From Nanobdellota archaeon (GTDB lineage Archaea; Nanobdellota; Nanobdellia; Pacearchaeales; GW2011-AR1), in contig DUKY01000016.1 in NCBI GenBank assembly GCA_013329055.1, forward strand, positions 4,559 to 68,558: 64,000 nucleotides of DNA. The letters run 5' to 3'. The notes beneath the pieces were generated by a model. It saw only the letters and a list, made by a program, of their open reading frames with translations. It did no database searches and was not told the origin of the DNA. How positions within the stretch are numbered: the first letter of the stretch is position 1; each line of letters opens with the position of its first letter. The position numbers and the translations under genes are program-made. Below are positions 1 to 9,725 of the stretch, one piece after another.

Positions 1-243
1 TATGATTTTGAAAAGCATGAAAAGATTTGGATTGCTAAAAGTCCTGAAGAAAAGTATTGTTCTTCTAATGGTTTAAGAGATTTAATTTTAGAAAATTCTT
101 CTAATCCAAAAGAGAGAATTGAAGCGATACTTTTAGGTTATCAAACTCAGGAAGATAATAAAAAGAATGCTCAAGATAGAAGAGATTATGATAGTTGGAA
201 AAGGGGACGTATGCAAGGACAGGACGAAGGACCTATTTTTTAG
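1..243 (+). CDS. hypothetical protein, 3' part (runs off the window start)
   Basis: Open frame from base 1 (YDFEKHEKIW...GQDEGPIF) to TAG at 241-243; no motif recognised. Confidence 0.55.
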   Translation, partial: YDFEKHEKIWIAKSPEEKYCSSNGLRDLILENSSNPKERIEAILLGYQTQEDNKKNAQDRRDYDSWKRGRMQGQDEGPIF

Positions 244-297
244 AGATGTTTTTATTAATTTTAACTTAAAAACTTTTAGATGATTTTAGAAAGAAAT

Positions 298-708
298 TTA
301 TTTTTTAAATTCATAATCTTTTCCTGAAACTTTTTCTTTTGCTTTTTGCAAAAAAGAATCATAATTCGGCAAATTTCTAAATTCTATTTCTTTACCTTGT
401 TCTTTTGCTCTTTTTATTCCATATTCCATTCCTTTAGAGATTCCTCGATCTTGATATACTACTGTTTTTTTAGCTAAATTCCCCCAAGAAATTCCGGCAT
501 TTATTCCTAAACTTCTTTCTTTTTCATCTTTATCATTTAAAATTCCGTCTTGGGTATAAAATAAATGTGAAGCATAAGGATATTCACCTCTTGTTAAACT
601 ATCATGAACACATGCTCTTGCATATAAAATATTTAATTCAGTTTCATGATATCCTTCTCCTTTAAAAGGAGATTCAATCACAACTAATTTTTCTAAATCT
701 GATTCCAT
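298..708 (-). CDS. DUF4406/nucleoside deoxyribosyltransferase-like small protein
   Basis: VVIESPF..YARAC..DSL.RGE.PYASHLFY..ER..GI.AG..W..VVY.D.GIS.GM..GI pattern of a common phage/MGE-associated family. Confidence 0.6.
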   Translation of the reverse strand: MESDLEKLVVIESPFKGEGYHETELNILYARACVHDSLTRGEYPYASHLFYTQDGILNDKDEKERSLGINAGISWGNLAKKTVVYQDRGISKGMEYGIKRAKEQGKEIEFRNLPNYDSFLQKAKEKVSGKDYEFKK

Positions 709-761
709 AAACAGATTAAACTTTTTTATTTTTTAAAGAAATATATAATTTAAAAGATATT

Positions 762-1289
762 TTATCTCATTATCCTATATTTTTCAAAAGCTTCGCCAAA
801 AGCTTCATTTATTTGTTTTTCTGTAAGAATAAATCTTTTTTCACCACGATATAAAACTAATCCTCCGGTTTTTAAATCAGTTATCATTTTTTTAGGTTCT
901 TCTAAATAATGTTTTTGAAATTCATTAAGTAACACCTCATCTTCTTGTCCTTCCGGAAAACAAATAGAAGTATTTTTTTCTCCTAAAAAATAAATGTCTA
1001 CTAGATTTTCTAATAAAACTAAATTTCCTTCTACTTTCATAAAATATTCTCTTTGTTTCATTACATTTGGTTTTATATGTGCATTTGTAATAAGAGGACC
1101 AAAAGAAAAATCTTGTTTTTTACAGATTTCTTCTAATGGATTAAAATATCTGTCTACAATTTCTTCATTGCCTCTAAAATTTCGTTCAAGATTTTCTTTA
1201 AAAAGATATGTTACAATATCAAAAGGCATTTTAACAGGAACTTCTTGGGAGATAATTCTTGAAATATATTTTTGAATTATGTTTAACAT
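762..1289 (-). CDS. hypothetical protein
   Basis: 175-aa ORF with TATA-like element upstream; no motif. Confidence 0.6.
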   Translation of the reverse strand: MLNIIQKYISRIISQEVPVKMPFDIVTYLFKENLERNFRGNEEIVDRYFNPLEEICKKQDFSFGPLITNAHIKPNVMKQREYFMKVEGNLVLLENLVDIYFLGEKNTSICFPEGQEDEVLLNEFQKHYLEEPKKMITDLKTGGLVLYRGEKRFILTEKQINEAFGEAFEKYRIMR

Positions 1290-1501
1290 ATAAAATTATT
1301 AGATTAATGCTTTTTAAGGATTATCATAAAGAAAACTGATTGGTTTTCACGAAGAAAATTTGCGAAACAAAAAGCGACCTCGTGAATTTTAATTTTTCTT
1401 TTATGAGATGGTTCCTACGACCAATAAATAAGAGAGATTGCTCACTTTTTGTTTCTTTTTTTGGAAAAAAGAAGATTTTAGCATCAAAAAAACAATGGGC
1501 C

Positions 1502-1609
1502 ACCACACACTAAAGTGTGTGGTTTGTAAAGACCCTTGTTTTTAGGATGCTCAAGAATTGAAGACAAGTAAAAGACCACATCCTAAAGGAGGAGGTTTTC
1601 AATTCTTGA
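1502..1609. mobile_element. non-autonomous IS200/IS605-like palindromic element (two TAAA-loop hairpins)
   Basis: accacacac-taaa-gtgtgtggt (1502-1523) and accacatcc-taaa-ggaggaggt (1575-1596). The second lies inside an outer inverted repeat tcaagaattgaa/ttcaattcttga (1551-1609). No transposase. Confidence 0.45.
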
Positions 1610-1674
1610 CATAAGAAATATTTATATACTCTTTATATATAAGAGATATATACTAAATATATAAAATAATAAAA

Positions 1675-1920
1675 ATGGTTCAAGCAATGATTGAAATTTC
1701 TAAAGAAGCAAATCAAATATTAAATATAATCAAAGCTAGATATAATTTAAAAACTAAAAGTGAAGCTATTTCAAAGATAGTTATTGAATGGGGTGCTAAT
1801 ATTATCGAACCAGAATTAAGACCCGAATATTTAGAAAAATTAGGGAAAATTGAAAAAGAAGGTTATGGCGAAACCTTTAATTCTATAGATCAATTAAGAA
1901 AGAAAATAGAAAAAAAGTAA
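1675..1920 (+). CDS. antitoxin (DUF2683-like)
   Basis: MVQAMIEIS..AN.ILNIIKA.Y.LK.KSEAI..EPELRPEY; directly upstream of a RelE-like gene. Confidence 0.75.
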   Translation: MVQAMIEISKEANQILNIIKARYNLKTKSEAISKIVIEWGANIIEPELRPEYLEKLGKIEKEGYGETFNSIDQLRKKIEKK

Positions 1921-1930
1921 ATTTCGCAAA

Positions 1931-2203
1931 ATGCCAAGGCAATATAAGACAAGTAAAGAGTTTGATAGAATTCTAGCTAAACTTGAAAAGAAAGACAAAC
2001 AACTTTATGAGAATCTTTTTAATAAAATGAATGAAGTTTTGAACAGCATAGATATAGACCACTATAAAAATTTAAGATACGACATGAGAGAATTTAAACG
2101 AGTTCATGTAGGGCATTTTGTTTTAGTATTCAAATTTGACAAAATAAATAATCTTATTTTATTTTCTGATTTTGACCATCATGATAAGATTTACAAAAAT
2201 TAG
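1931..2203 (+). CDS. RelE/YafQ-like mRNA interferase toxin
   Basis: YKNLRY.MREFKRVHVGHFVLVF...DFDHHDKIY. Confidence 0.8.
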   Translation: MPRQYKTSKEFDRILAKLEKKDKQLYENLFNKMNEVLNSIDIDHYKNLRYDMREFKRVHVGHFVLVFKFDKINNLILFSDFDHHDKIYKN

Positions 2204-2579
2204 TTTCTTTTCAGTCAGGCGAAAACGACAACCATTTATCAAACACAATAATGCAAAAGAGATTTTTAAGTTTTTTTCGTAAATTAGCGAGGGACAAATT
2301 AAAACTAACATCGGGATATAGAGAAGTTGTTTGCAGTAGGCAAAATTTTTGGGAGTGCCGAGCCGAGGCATTTCTATTTAAAGTGCTGTTAAACTCCTCG
2401 AACGAAGTGAAAGTAATTTTGAGAGGCGTCCATTCTAATGAACGTAGTGATACATCGAGGACAAGAAGCTAGGGACAATTTTAGTATATCAAAGTCAAAG
2501 GCTCTTTTAGTTAATACATTAGGGGAGTTCCATTTATAAATAATAAAATTTATATTGTAGAGAATATACTTTGATTATA

Positions 2580-3170
2580 ATGGCAAGAAAAAAGAAAATG
2601 TATGAGGATGGAAGTTTAGCCCATTTTGCAGATTTAGGATTCTCAAAAGTTAAAAAATATGCCAAAAGCAAAGATATAGTTGATAAACTACTAGGATTTA
2701 ATATTCTTGCATTAATACTTGTTTTAGGCTTAGCTATCTCTGATTGGTTATACAATAATCCAGTTACATTTTCTTTAGATTACATAGTTATATTAGCTGT
2801 TAGTATTGTTCTTGCAGCGGTATTGGCATATTTTTATTCATTTATTTTAGAACCAATAGTGGATTTAGCTAATCGAAATATAAATGGTTTAAGATTATCA
2901 GTAATAATTCAATTTATTGCATTAACTGTAGTATTGGGAGGTCTTTTATTTAATCTAACAATCCTGACAAATATTGGGGTGGGATTATTGGGTATTCAAA
3001 TATTATCTTTGTTTTTCGGAGGATTTATCAAAATTACTGATGAAAAATCGGAATTAACAGAAGACAAACCTAAAATATGGCAGATGCTAGGGAAAGTTGG
3101 AACACTTATAACAATAGGAACTTTTGTAGTGAATATAATTCTATTTATTATAAAAAGTATAGTAAAATGA
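2580..3170 (+). CDS. multi-pass membrane protein, unknown function
   Basis: About 5 hydrophobic segments; ATG at 2580; ATGA overlap with the next gene. Confidence 0.7.
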   Translation: MARKKKMYEDGSLAHFADLGFSKVKKYAKSKDIVDKLLGFNILALILVLGLAISDWLYNNPVTFSLDYIVILAVSIVLAAVLAYFYSFILEPIVDLANRNINGLRLSVIIQFIALTVVLGGLLFNLTILTNIGVGLLGIQILSLFFGGFIKITDEKSELTEDKPKIWQMLGKVGTLITIGTFVVNIILFIIKSIVK

Positions 3171-4858
3171 ATCATGTTGAGTTTATTACAAGAAATGGTT
3201 TTAAGTCTGCAAAAAAAGCAGCAAAACATGAAATAGATGGTTTTCTTGAAACAGTTTTCTTTAAAGAAGAAGTTCTTAAAAAATATGAATCTAATAAGGA
3301 TTTTAAGATTGGAGATGATGGGACCGTCCTTTTTGGTTATGAATGGGGATTATTTAGAGGAGTTTACAGAGTTGCTAAAGGATATATTGCAGTAAATCTA
3401 GGAGATTTAGGTGAAGGTTTTCCAAATAAAGAGTTAAAACATTGGAAACAATATAACATTGATCCAAGAAAGATTAAACTTGAAGATAGATATTTTGATT
3501 TTAGGAGCAAGATAAAACGAATGATTTATTTTATGAATCTATCAAATAAAAGAATAAAAAATTATCTTGAAAAATTCTTCCCCGAAATAGCAATTGCTAA
3601 TAAAAATATATTCATACTTGATGATACTGAAGATGTTTTGAATCATATTAAAAAAATAATAAATGATAAAACAACAATTGATGAATTTCAGAGTAGAATA
3701 ATTTTTCTTAATATCCTATTGATTGAATCTATAAATACCAAATTAATTAACGAAGTTTTTAATCAAGTTGGAGAAGATTTGAACTTAAGTTATATTAGCA
3801 TTGGTTTAAAAGAATGTTATTCTAATTTCTTAAAAAAAAATACTCCTGAGGAACTCAAAAAGTATACTAAAGGAACTATTACCCCATTGAAATCTCTTGA
3901 ACTTCTAAGAAAATTTCTATTATTTATGCGAATCCATCATGATATTATTGTTGGGAAGAAAATAAAAACACATGTAAATCTAAATAGACGAAAAAATAAA
4001 TTAAATGAAGATATAATTAAGAATTTTAAATTTTTCTACAAATATAAAACTTTCAAAAAAGAATTTCTCAATCGAAAATACTTTGATCATTATGAAACTA
4101 CTATTAATGAAAATACAGCATTTCTAAAACTGTTAAATAAGTTTAGAAACAGTTCATCAGCTCATGGATTTGATTCAAAAGAATATAAAAAAATTCTTAA
4201 GAAATTAAAAGTCTCTGAAGATGAAAAAGATTATTCAAAAATTTATGAAGTTTTAATATCTCAAGTATCATATGACATAGAGCATATTTATTTTAACTTA
4301 ATTTTGCCTGATCCTCCACTAAAAGAGCACTATATAAAATATACTAAAGAAACCTTGTTGGAATTAAAATCTTCATCTGGAAAATATCAATCAACATTTG
4401 AAAATTTATTTTCATATGTTCAAGAATTTCATAATTTATATCCTGAGATAATAAATGAAGTAAAAAAAATTTATTTATCTAAGAAAACGGATTCTGATTT
4501 CATTATTGAATTAGGATCTTTTATTGAAAATTTAAGTATGGAAATGAAGGATAAAACACAAAAATTAATTGATTATATTATTCCTGGCTTAAAATATGAA
4601 AAGGCATTATCAATAGCCCACTTTGCACATATTATAAAAAATTCAGAAAAGATAACCTCTTCTTTTCTAAAAAAAATTCTACCTATTGTTTATGAAGGGG
4701 TAAAAGATAAAAAAACAATAAATGTAAATTTTTGTTCTGAACATGTGATTTTTTGTTTGGTTGAAAAATGCCCTGAAAAACTGAATAAAAATAAACTAAG
4801 AAAATTATTCGAAGAAGAAAAAATAAATTTTGATTTAGTAAAAAATTTCCTTAAATAA
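3167..4858 (+). CDS. putative defence protein with HEPN-like Rx5H motif
   Basis: Start inferred at 3167 (ATGA overlap); N-terminal VFF.EEVL.KY..VNLGDLG..P..EL.HWK.YN block; RNSSSAH motif near 4145-4165. Confidence 0.55.
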   Translation: MNHVEFITRNGFKSAKKAAKHEIDGFLETVFFKEEVLKKYESNKDFKIGDDGTVLFGYEWGLFRGVYRVAKGYIAVNLGDLGEGFPNKELKHWKQYNIDPRKIKLEDRYFDFRSKIKRMIYFMNLSNKRIKNYLEKFFPEIAIANKNIFILDDTEDVLNHIKKIINDKTTIDEFQSRIIFLNILLIESINTKLINEVFNQVGEDLNLSYISIGLKECYSNFLKKNTPEELKKYTKGTITPLKSLELLRKFLLFMRIHHDIIVGKKIKTHVNLNRRKNKLNEDIIKNFKFFYKYKTFKKEFLNRKYFDHYETTINENTAFLKLLNKFRNSSSAHGFDSKEYKKILKKLKVSEDEKDYSKIYEVLISQVSYDIEHIYFNLILPDPPLKEHYIKYTKETLLELKSSSGKYQSTFENLFSYVQEFHNLYPEIINEVKKIYLSKKTDSDFIIELGSFIENLSMEMKDKTQKLIDYIIPGLKYEKALSIAHFAHIIKNSEKITSSFLKKILPIVYEGVKDKKTINVNFCSEHVIFCLVEKCPEKLNKNKLRKLFEEEKINFDLVKNFLK

Positions 4859-5002
4859 ACATATTGTTAGGAACCCCCCCCTTCTATTTTAAAATTGTCT
4901 CCTATCAGTTCGTGCCACTAAAATTTAATTGCATTTAAATCGGCATTTTACGAAGTTTTGCGAACAGAGATGAAACCGGGCCTCGAAAAATAAATTTGGG
5001 AG

Positions 5003-5254
5003 AGCAGGGGAAAACTTACGACGTCAACAATTCAAGCTATATTGAAAAACGCAAAAAAGAAATCTAAAATAAAAAAAAGAATTTATCCTCATTTATTGAG
5101 GCATTCATTTGCAACGCATCTACTTGAACATGGAACAGAATTAAGAATTATTTAAAGATTACTCGGTCATTCAGATATTAAAACAACCCAAATTTACACC
5201 CAAATCTCCCAAGCATTAATTAAAAATGTAAAAAGCCCATTAGATAATTTATAA
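5003..5254 (+). pseudogene. tyrosine recombinase (XerC/D-like integrase) C-terminal remnant
   Basis: Not in the ORF track. Translates [54 protein letters not shown], with in-frame TAA at 5153-5155; N-terminal part missing. Confidence 0.9.
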
Positions 5255-5259
5255 TCAAT

Positions 5260-5340
5260 TTACTCTCTACTGTATTATCTCTGCTCAATAACACAGCAGT
5301 AGTTATGTAATGGCTAGGTTACTCTCTACTGTATTATCTC
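5260..5340. repeat. 22-bp direct repeat duplicating the eif2g stop region
   Basis: ttactctctactgtattatctc at 5260-5281 and 5319-5340. Confidence 0.9.
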
Positions 5341-6516
5341 GCCAAAACCGATTAATCTCCAATGATTATCAATATTTCTTGCCATTCCAACATTATCGCC
5401 TTTTAATGCTACGATTGGGATTTTCAGGCTTAATTCTACTTCATTTTTATTAATTTTTTCAATTATCCCGACAGTAATTGTTGTATTTACATTTAACATT
5501 AACATCTCTTTAGTTTTCAAAGATTCTACAGCTTTCTTTTCTTCTGTCCCTAATACTTCTTTAAATAATTCAGATTTAATTTTAATGCTATGGCTTATTT
5601 CAGGTAAAACTCCTTTTAATGAAACTAAACATCCTGTTAATGAATCTGTTTTTGTTAAATAAGGATCTAATTCTGTTTCAATTGAAATACTTGCTCCGGG
5701 CAAAACTTCTTCTACTGATTCTGCACCTTTATGTAGTGAAAGTATTTTTGTTGTTAATGTTTGATATATTTGCTGATTTGCTTTTTTTATACTTAATCCG
5801 GGTTTAATTTCAATTTCATCACCAACTTTTAATTTTCCTTTTTTTAATATTCCGCCTAATACTCCGCCTTTTAATTTTTTTATTTCTGTCCCTGGTCTGT
5901 TAATATCAAAACTTCTTGCAACTAAGAAAATTGGCTCAGTATTAATTTCTCTTTTTGGGATTTCAATTTTACAAAGTTCCTCTAAAATCTTGTCAATATT
6001 TATTTCTTGCTGAGCAGAAATAGGGATAATGGGTGAATTTTCAGCGATAGTTCCTTTTGTAAATTCTTTAATTGTTTTGTAATTTTCTAATGCTTTTTCT
6101 TTACTGACTAAATCTATTTTATTTTGGGCAATAATTATATTTTTAATTTTTTTTGCCTGAAGTGCTAAAAGATGCTCTTTTGTTTGAGGTTTGATTCCTT
6201 CATTTGCTGCTACAACTAAAATTGCTGCATCAATTGTCGCTGCTCCTGAAAGCATTGTCGCCATTAACATTTCATGACCTGGTGCGTCGATAAAACTTAC
6301 ATATCTTTGGGGGATTCCTTTTTTTTCTGACATGAATTTATTGCCATCTTTATAAATTGTTAATTCAGCATAACCCAATTTGATTGTAATTCCCCGTTTT
6401 AATTCTTCAGAATGTGTGTCTGCAAATTTGCCGGTAATTTTACTTAATAGTGTTGTTTTCCCGTGATCAATGTGTCCTACAACTCCAACATTTAATTCAG
6501 GTAAAGATTCTGTCAT
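5326..6516 (-). CDS. eif2g: translation initiation factor aIF2 gamma subunit
   Basis: GHIDHGKTT, HSEELKRGITIKLGYA, DAPGHE, NKID, C-terminal WRLIGFG. Confidence 0.97.
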   Translation of the reverse strand: MTESLPELNVGVVGHIDHGKTTLLSKITGKFADTHSEELKRGITIKLGYAELTIYKDGNKFMSEKKGIPQRYVSFIDAPGHEMLMATMLSGAATIDAAILVVAANEGIKPQTKEHLLALQAKKIKNIIIAQNKIDLVSKEKALENYKTIKEFTKGTIAENSPIIPISAQQEINIDKILEELCKIEIPKREINTEPIFLVARSFDINRPGTEIKKLKGGVLGGILKKGKLKVGDEIEIKPGLSIKKANQQIYQTLTTKILSLHKGAESVEEVLPGASISIETELDPYLTKTDSLTGCLVSLKGVLPEISHSIKIKSELFKEVLGTEEKKAVESLKTKEMLMLNVNTTITVGIIEKINKNEVELSLKIPIVALKGDNVGMARNIDNHWRLIGFGEIIQ

Positions 6517-6578
6517 ATAATAGAATAATAGGTTTAGTTTTTAAAGATTGTTAAAGGGGACAAAGAAAAATTAATTTA

Positions 6579-6863
6579 TTATTTTTTGCAAGGATATTTT
6601 TTTAACTTCGCAAGAACTTTATTTATAAAATGGTCCTCTTTTGCAGTTTTTTCTAATTGGCTTAAATTTGGTTTTCTTCTTGAATACAAACCAAAAATAA
6701 TATTTTCACAAGCATCTTTTATTTGAGGTTCATATTCTTTTACAAAAAGATTAAATTTATCTTCAGTATAATTTGGTTTTTGAGAGAATTCTTCTTTTAG
6801 ATGAGTCAAATAAGCAGAATATAAAGTTTGCACATCTTTATCTAATTCTTGCTCTCTCATCAT
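6579..6863 (-). CDS. hypothetical protein, possible distant paralog of 7904-8527 and 8588-9151
   Basis: LY...L...T.DKF...QIKDAC..I...LY pattern. Confidence 0.55.
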   Translation of the reverse strand: MMREQELDKDVQTLYSAYLTHLKEEFSQKPNYTEDKFNLFVKEYEPQIKDACENIIFGLYSRRKPNLSQLEKTAKEDHFINKVLAKLKKYPCKK

Positions 6864-6985
6864 GTTTTTCTTAAGGATTTAAACTTTATAAATATTATTA
6901 ACTAGGGGTAACAACAATAGATGTATGAACAATAATTTTAAGAAGAATAAACATAATTATTTTTCATTAAAGAGGTTTCAAAAAA

Positions 6986-7900
6986 ATGGATATAATTACA
7001 ATAATGCTGATTATACTTGGTCTTGTTCTTTTTGAAATAATATCAAGTATTGATAATGCGATAATTAATGCTGAAGTATTATCGACAATGTCTGCAAAAG
7101 CAAAACGATGGTTTTTATTTTGGGGGATATTATTTGCAGTATTTGTTGTTCGGGGAGTTTTGCCGTTTATAATATTTTGGATGGGTAATCCTAGCTTGTC
7201 TATTAAAGAAGTTTTTACTTTGGCTCTTAGTTCAGATCCTGCAATGCTTGCAATCGTTGAGGCGTCTGCACCAGTGCTTTTAATCGGAGGAGGGGTATTT
7301 TTAATCTTCTTATTTTTTCATTGGTTGTTTTTAGAATCAAAACATTATGGATTACGAGGGGAAAAATATATTGAACGTCATGGAGTTTGGTTTTTTGCAG
7401 TAATATCAATAATTCTCTCGATAATAGTATGGTTATCAATTAAAATAAATCCTTTAATGGCTTTTAGTGCAGTTTTAGGCTCGACGGTATTTTTTATCAC
7501 CCATGGATTTAAAGAAAATGCGGCTAAGATGGAAGCTCAAATGCTTGAAGGAAAAGCATCAATGTCAGATATGAGCAAGATATTTTACCTTGAAGTTATT
7601 GACATGACTTTTTCTATTGATGGTGTTCTTGGGGCATTTGCTTTTACATTATTTGTTCCTTTGATTCTTATTGGAAATGGAGTTGGTGCAATAATTGTTA
7701 GACAATTAACAGTAAAAGGAATTAATGAGATCAAAAAATACAAATATTTGAAAAATGGTGCGATGTATTCAATATTCTTATTAGGTCTTATAATGATTTT
7801 TGATAGTTTTGGATTTAATATCCCTTCATGGGCTTCTCCAATTGCAACATTTGCAATAGTTGGTTTTTTCTTTTATAAATCAAAGAGAGAATTAAAATAA
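6986..7900 (+). CDS. DUF475/TerC-superfamily membrane protein
   Basis: FEIISSIDNAIINA and YLEVIDMTFSIDGVLGAFA motifs; many TM helices. Confidence 0.88.
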   Translation: MDIITIMLIILGLVLFEIISSIDNAIINAEVLSTMSAKAKRWFLFWGILFAVFVVRGVLPFIIFWMGNPSLSIKEVFTLALSSDPAMLAIVEASAPVLLIGGGVFLIFLFFHWLFLESKHYGLRGEKYIERHGVWFFAVISIILSIIVWLSIKINPLMAFSAVLGSTVFFITHGFKENAAKMEAQMLEGKASMSDMSKIFYLEVIDMTFSIDGVLGAFAFTLFVPLILIGNGVGAIIVRQLTVKGINEIKKYKYLKNGAMYSIFLLGLIMIFDSFGFNIPSWASPIATFAIVGFFFYKSKRELK

Positions 7901-7903
7901 AAC

Positions 7904-8527
7904 TTATTTATTATATTGAGAGCTAAGATTATCAATAATACTATCAATATTAATATCCTTAATGCCAGAGCCAAGATTATAACTCTCATCAGTTATACTT
8001 TTAGAATATTTTCTCTTGTCAGACTCCCCGCTAAACAAATAAGAATTTGTTAATTTCTCTTCTAAAGGTTTCTCATAAGGTAAATTAAAAGGATTTTTTG
8101 CATCAAAATATCTTTCTAACATTTTATAAATTTTATCAAGTTTTGATTGATTAATTGAATCTTCATCTTTATTTGGCTCTATAGGTTTATTTTGAATTTT
8201 ATAATCACCAGTTAAATAAAAATTAACAATTTCTTCATTAGTTCTTGTTGATGAATCTCCAGATTCTGAATAAGAGTAATTTTTTGGTTCATAAAATGCT
8301 TCATCAAGGGTCATGCCTTCTAGATATAATGCAGTTACAATATATTTACAAGCTTCTCGTAATTGATTATAATGCCCATCAGTAGCAGAGATGAATTTTT
8401 CAGGAGTTAATTCTATTCCTTGTTCTTGCAAATCCTGATAAACTTCTGCTAATCTCATTAAATATAATCTATCTGCATCTCTTTTTACTTCCGGATTATT
8501 TAATAAATTATCAATGTATTCTTTCAT
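7904..8527 (-). CDS. hypothetical protein (paralog of 8588-9151)
   Basis: Shared LYL..L.E.Y..L...GI.L...F...T..H.N.LR.AC..I domain. Confidence 0.7.
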   Translation of the reverse strand: MKEYIDNLLNNPEVKRDADRLYLMRLAEVYQDLQEQGIELTPEKFISATDGHYNQLREACKYIVTALYLEGMTLDEAFYEPKNYSYSESGDSSTRTNEEIVNFYLTGDYKIQNKPIEPNKDEDSINQSKLDKIYKMLERYFDAKNPFNLPYEKPLEEKLTNSYLFSGESDKRKYSKSITDESYNLGSGIKDINIDSIIDNLSSQYNK

Positions 8528-8587
8528 AATTTTTCTATTAAACTTAGACTTTATAAATATTTCGTTATTTAATAGTAGTTACAAAAA

Positions 8588-9151
8588 TTAACGTTTAATC
8601 TTTATTAATGCTTTTGCTCTTCTTTGCTGACCAGGAGTCATACCCTTTTTACGATTTTGTGCTTCTGCATAAAATTTTTCCTCTTCGTTATCCGTATCAG
8701 ATTGATTTGTTTTATCATCATTTTGGGTTATATTTTCTTTAGGAACTTCTTTTGCTTCTTTTAAACCTTCATAAGAAATAAGTTCTTTTTTCTTATCAGG
8801 TTTTTTAAAAAGATAATCAGGGGTAGAATCATAAGGGTCATACCCTGAAAAAGAATGTTGAGTTTGGTTCTCAAGCAAAAGATTGGAATGATTTAACAGG
8901 TCATCCAAATGCTTTCCATTAATACTTTGTCCATCTAATTTTCGGATAATAAATTCACAGGCTAATCTTAATGAATTAAAATGCAAATTAGTTAATTCAA
9001 CAAATTTAAAATAATCTAATTTAATTCCTTTTATAGCTAAATTCTCATAATTTTCTTTTAAAAGATTAAGATATAATTTTTTTGCAGGATCCGATAAATC
9101 ATGATAACTTAAAGATTTGGATTGAAAATCTTTAATGGTCTCATCTTTCAT
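8588..9151 (-). CDS. hypothetical protein (paralog of 7904-8527)
   Basis: Same N-terminal domain as its neighbour. Confidence 0.7.
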   Translation of the reverse strand: MKDETIKDFQSKSLSYHDLSDPAKKLYLNLLKENYENLAIKGIKLDYFKFVELTNLHFNSLRLACEFIIRKLDGQSINGKHLDDLLNHSNLLLENQTQHSFSGYDPYDSTPDYLFKKPDKKKELISYEGLKEAKEVPKENITQNDDKTNQSDTDNEEEKFYAEAQNRKKGMTPGQQRRAKALIKIKR

Positions 9152-9205
9152 AGAATTATGAAGTAATCAATGTTTAAATAAATATTTAATTTATAATATC
9201 TATAA

Positions 9206-9658
9206 CTATTCTTTTTTCTCAGCTTCTTTTTTTTCCGGAGCTTTGTTTTGCTCAGGGAAAATTTCTTGTAAAGATCTTTTTCCGACTTTTAAAGTTTTAA
9301 GATTAATTTGAGACATTGCATCTGAGATTATTTTTCCACGAACAGTTTTTCTTAATCTTAGACCTTTTGGTTTAAAGTTAGATCTTTTTTTCTTGCCTTC
9401 TCTTTTTGGTCTTTTATGCATTCCTTTTTCATAGCTTAATAATACTTTTTTTAGTCCAGAACCATCAACTTCTTTTACTGCTGTAAAACCGGATTTATCG
9501 CTTGCACCTGTAATTTCAAATTCATAACCTTCTAAGTCATCAGAAATATCTTTACCATTAATTTTATCGTTAAGCAATTTTCCGTCTAATAATGGTGCTT
9601 CTACTTCTAATTTATAGGTTTTTCCAGATTTTTCTGAAAGGTTTATTTTAAATGCCAT
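9206..9658 (-). CDS. rps6e: 30S ribosomal protein S6e
   Basis: FKINLS..G..GYEFEITGASDKSGF..GLRLRKTVRGKIIS..SQINLK. Confidence 0.95.
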   Translation of the reverse strand: MAFKINLSEKSGKTYKLEVEAPLLDGKLLNDKINGKDISDDLEGYEFEITGASDKSGFTAVKEVDGSGLKKVLLSYEKGMHKRPKREGKKKRSNFKPKGLRLRKTVRGKIISDAMSQINLKTLKVGKRSLQEIFPEQNKAPEKKEAEKKE

Positions 9659-9725
9659 GAAATAGTTACATAATTTTGGTTTTTAAATTATTTGGTTTAA
9701 TGGATTGTTTAAAAAATAAGAATTA

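Noticed and set aside
1324-5254. Canonical integron
   Set aside because: No IntI-specific insert is visible in the remnant and I could not delimit convincing attC sites; kept only as a decayed integrase island
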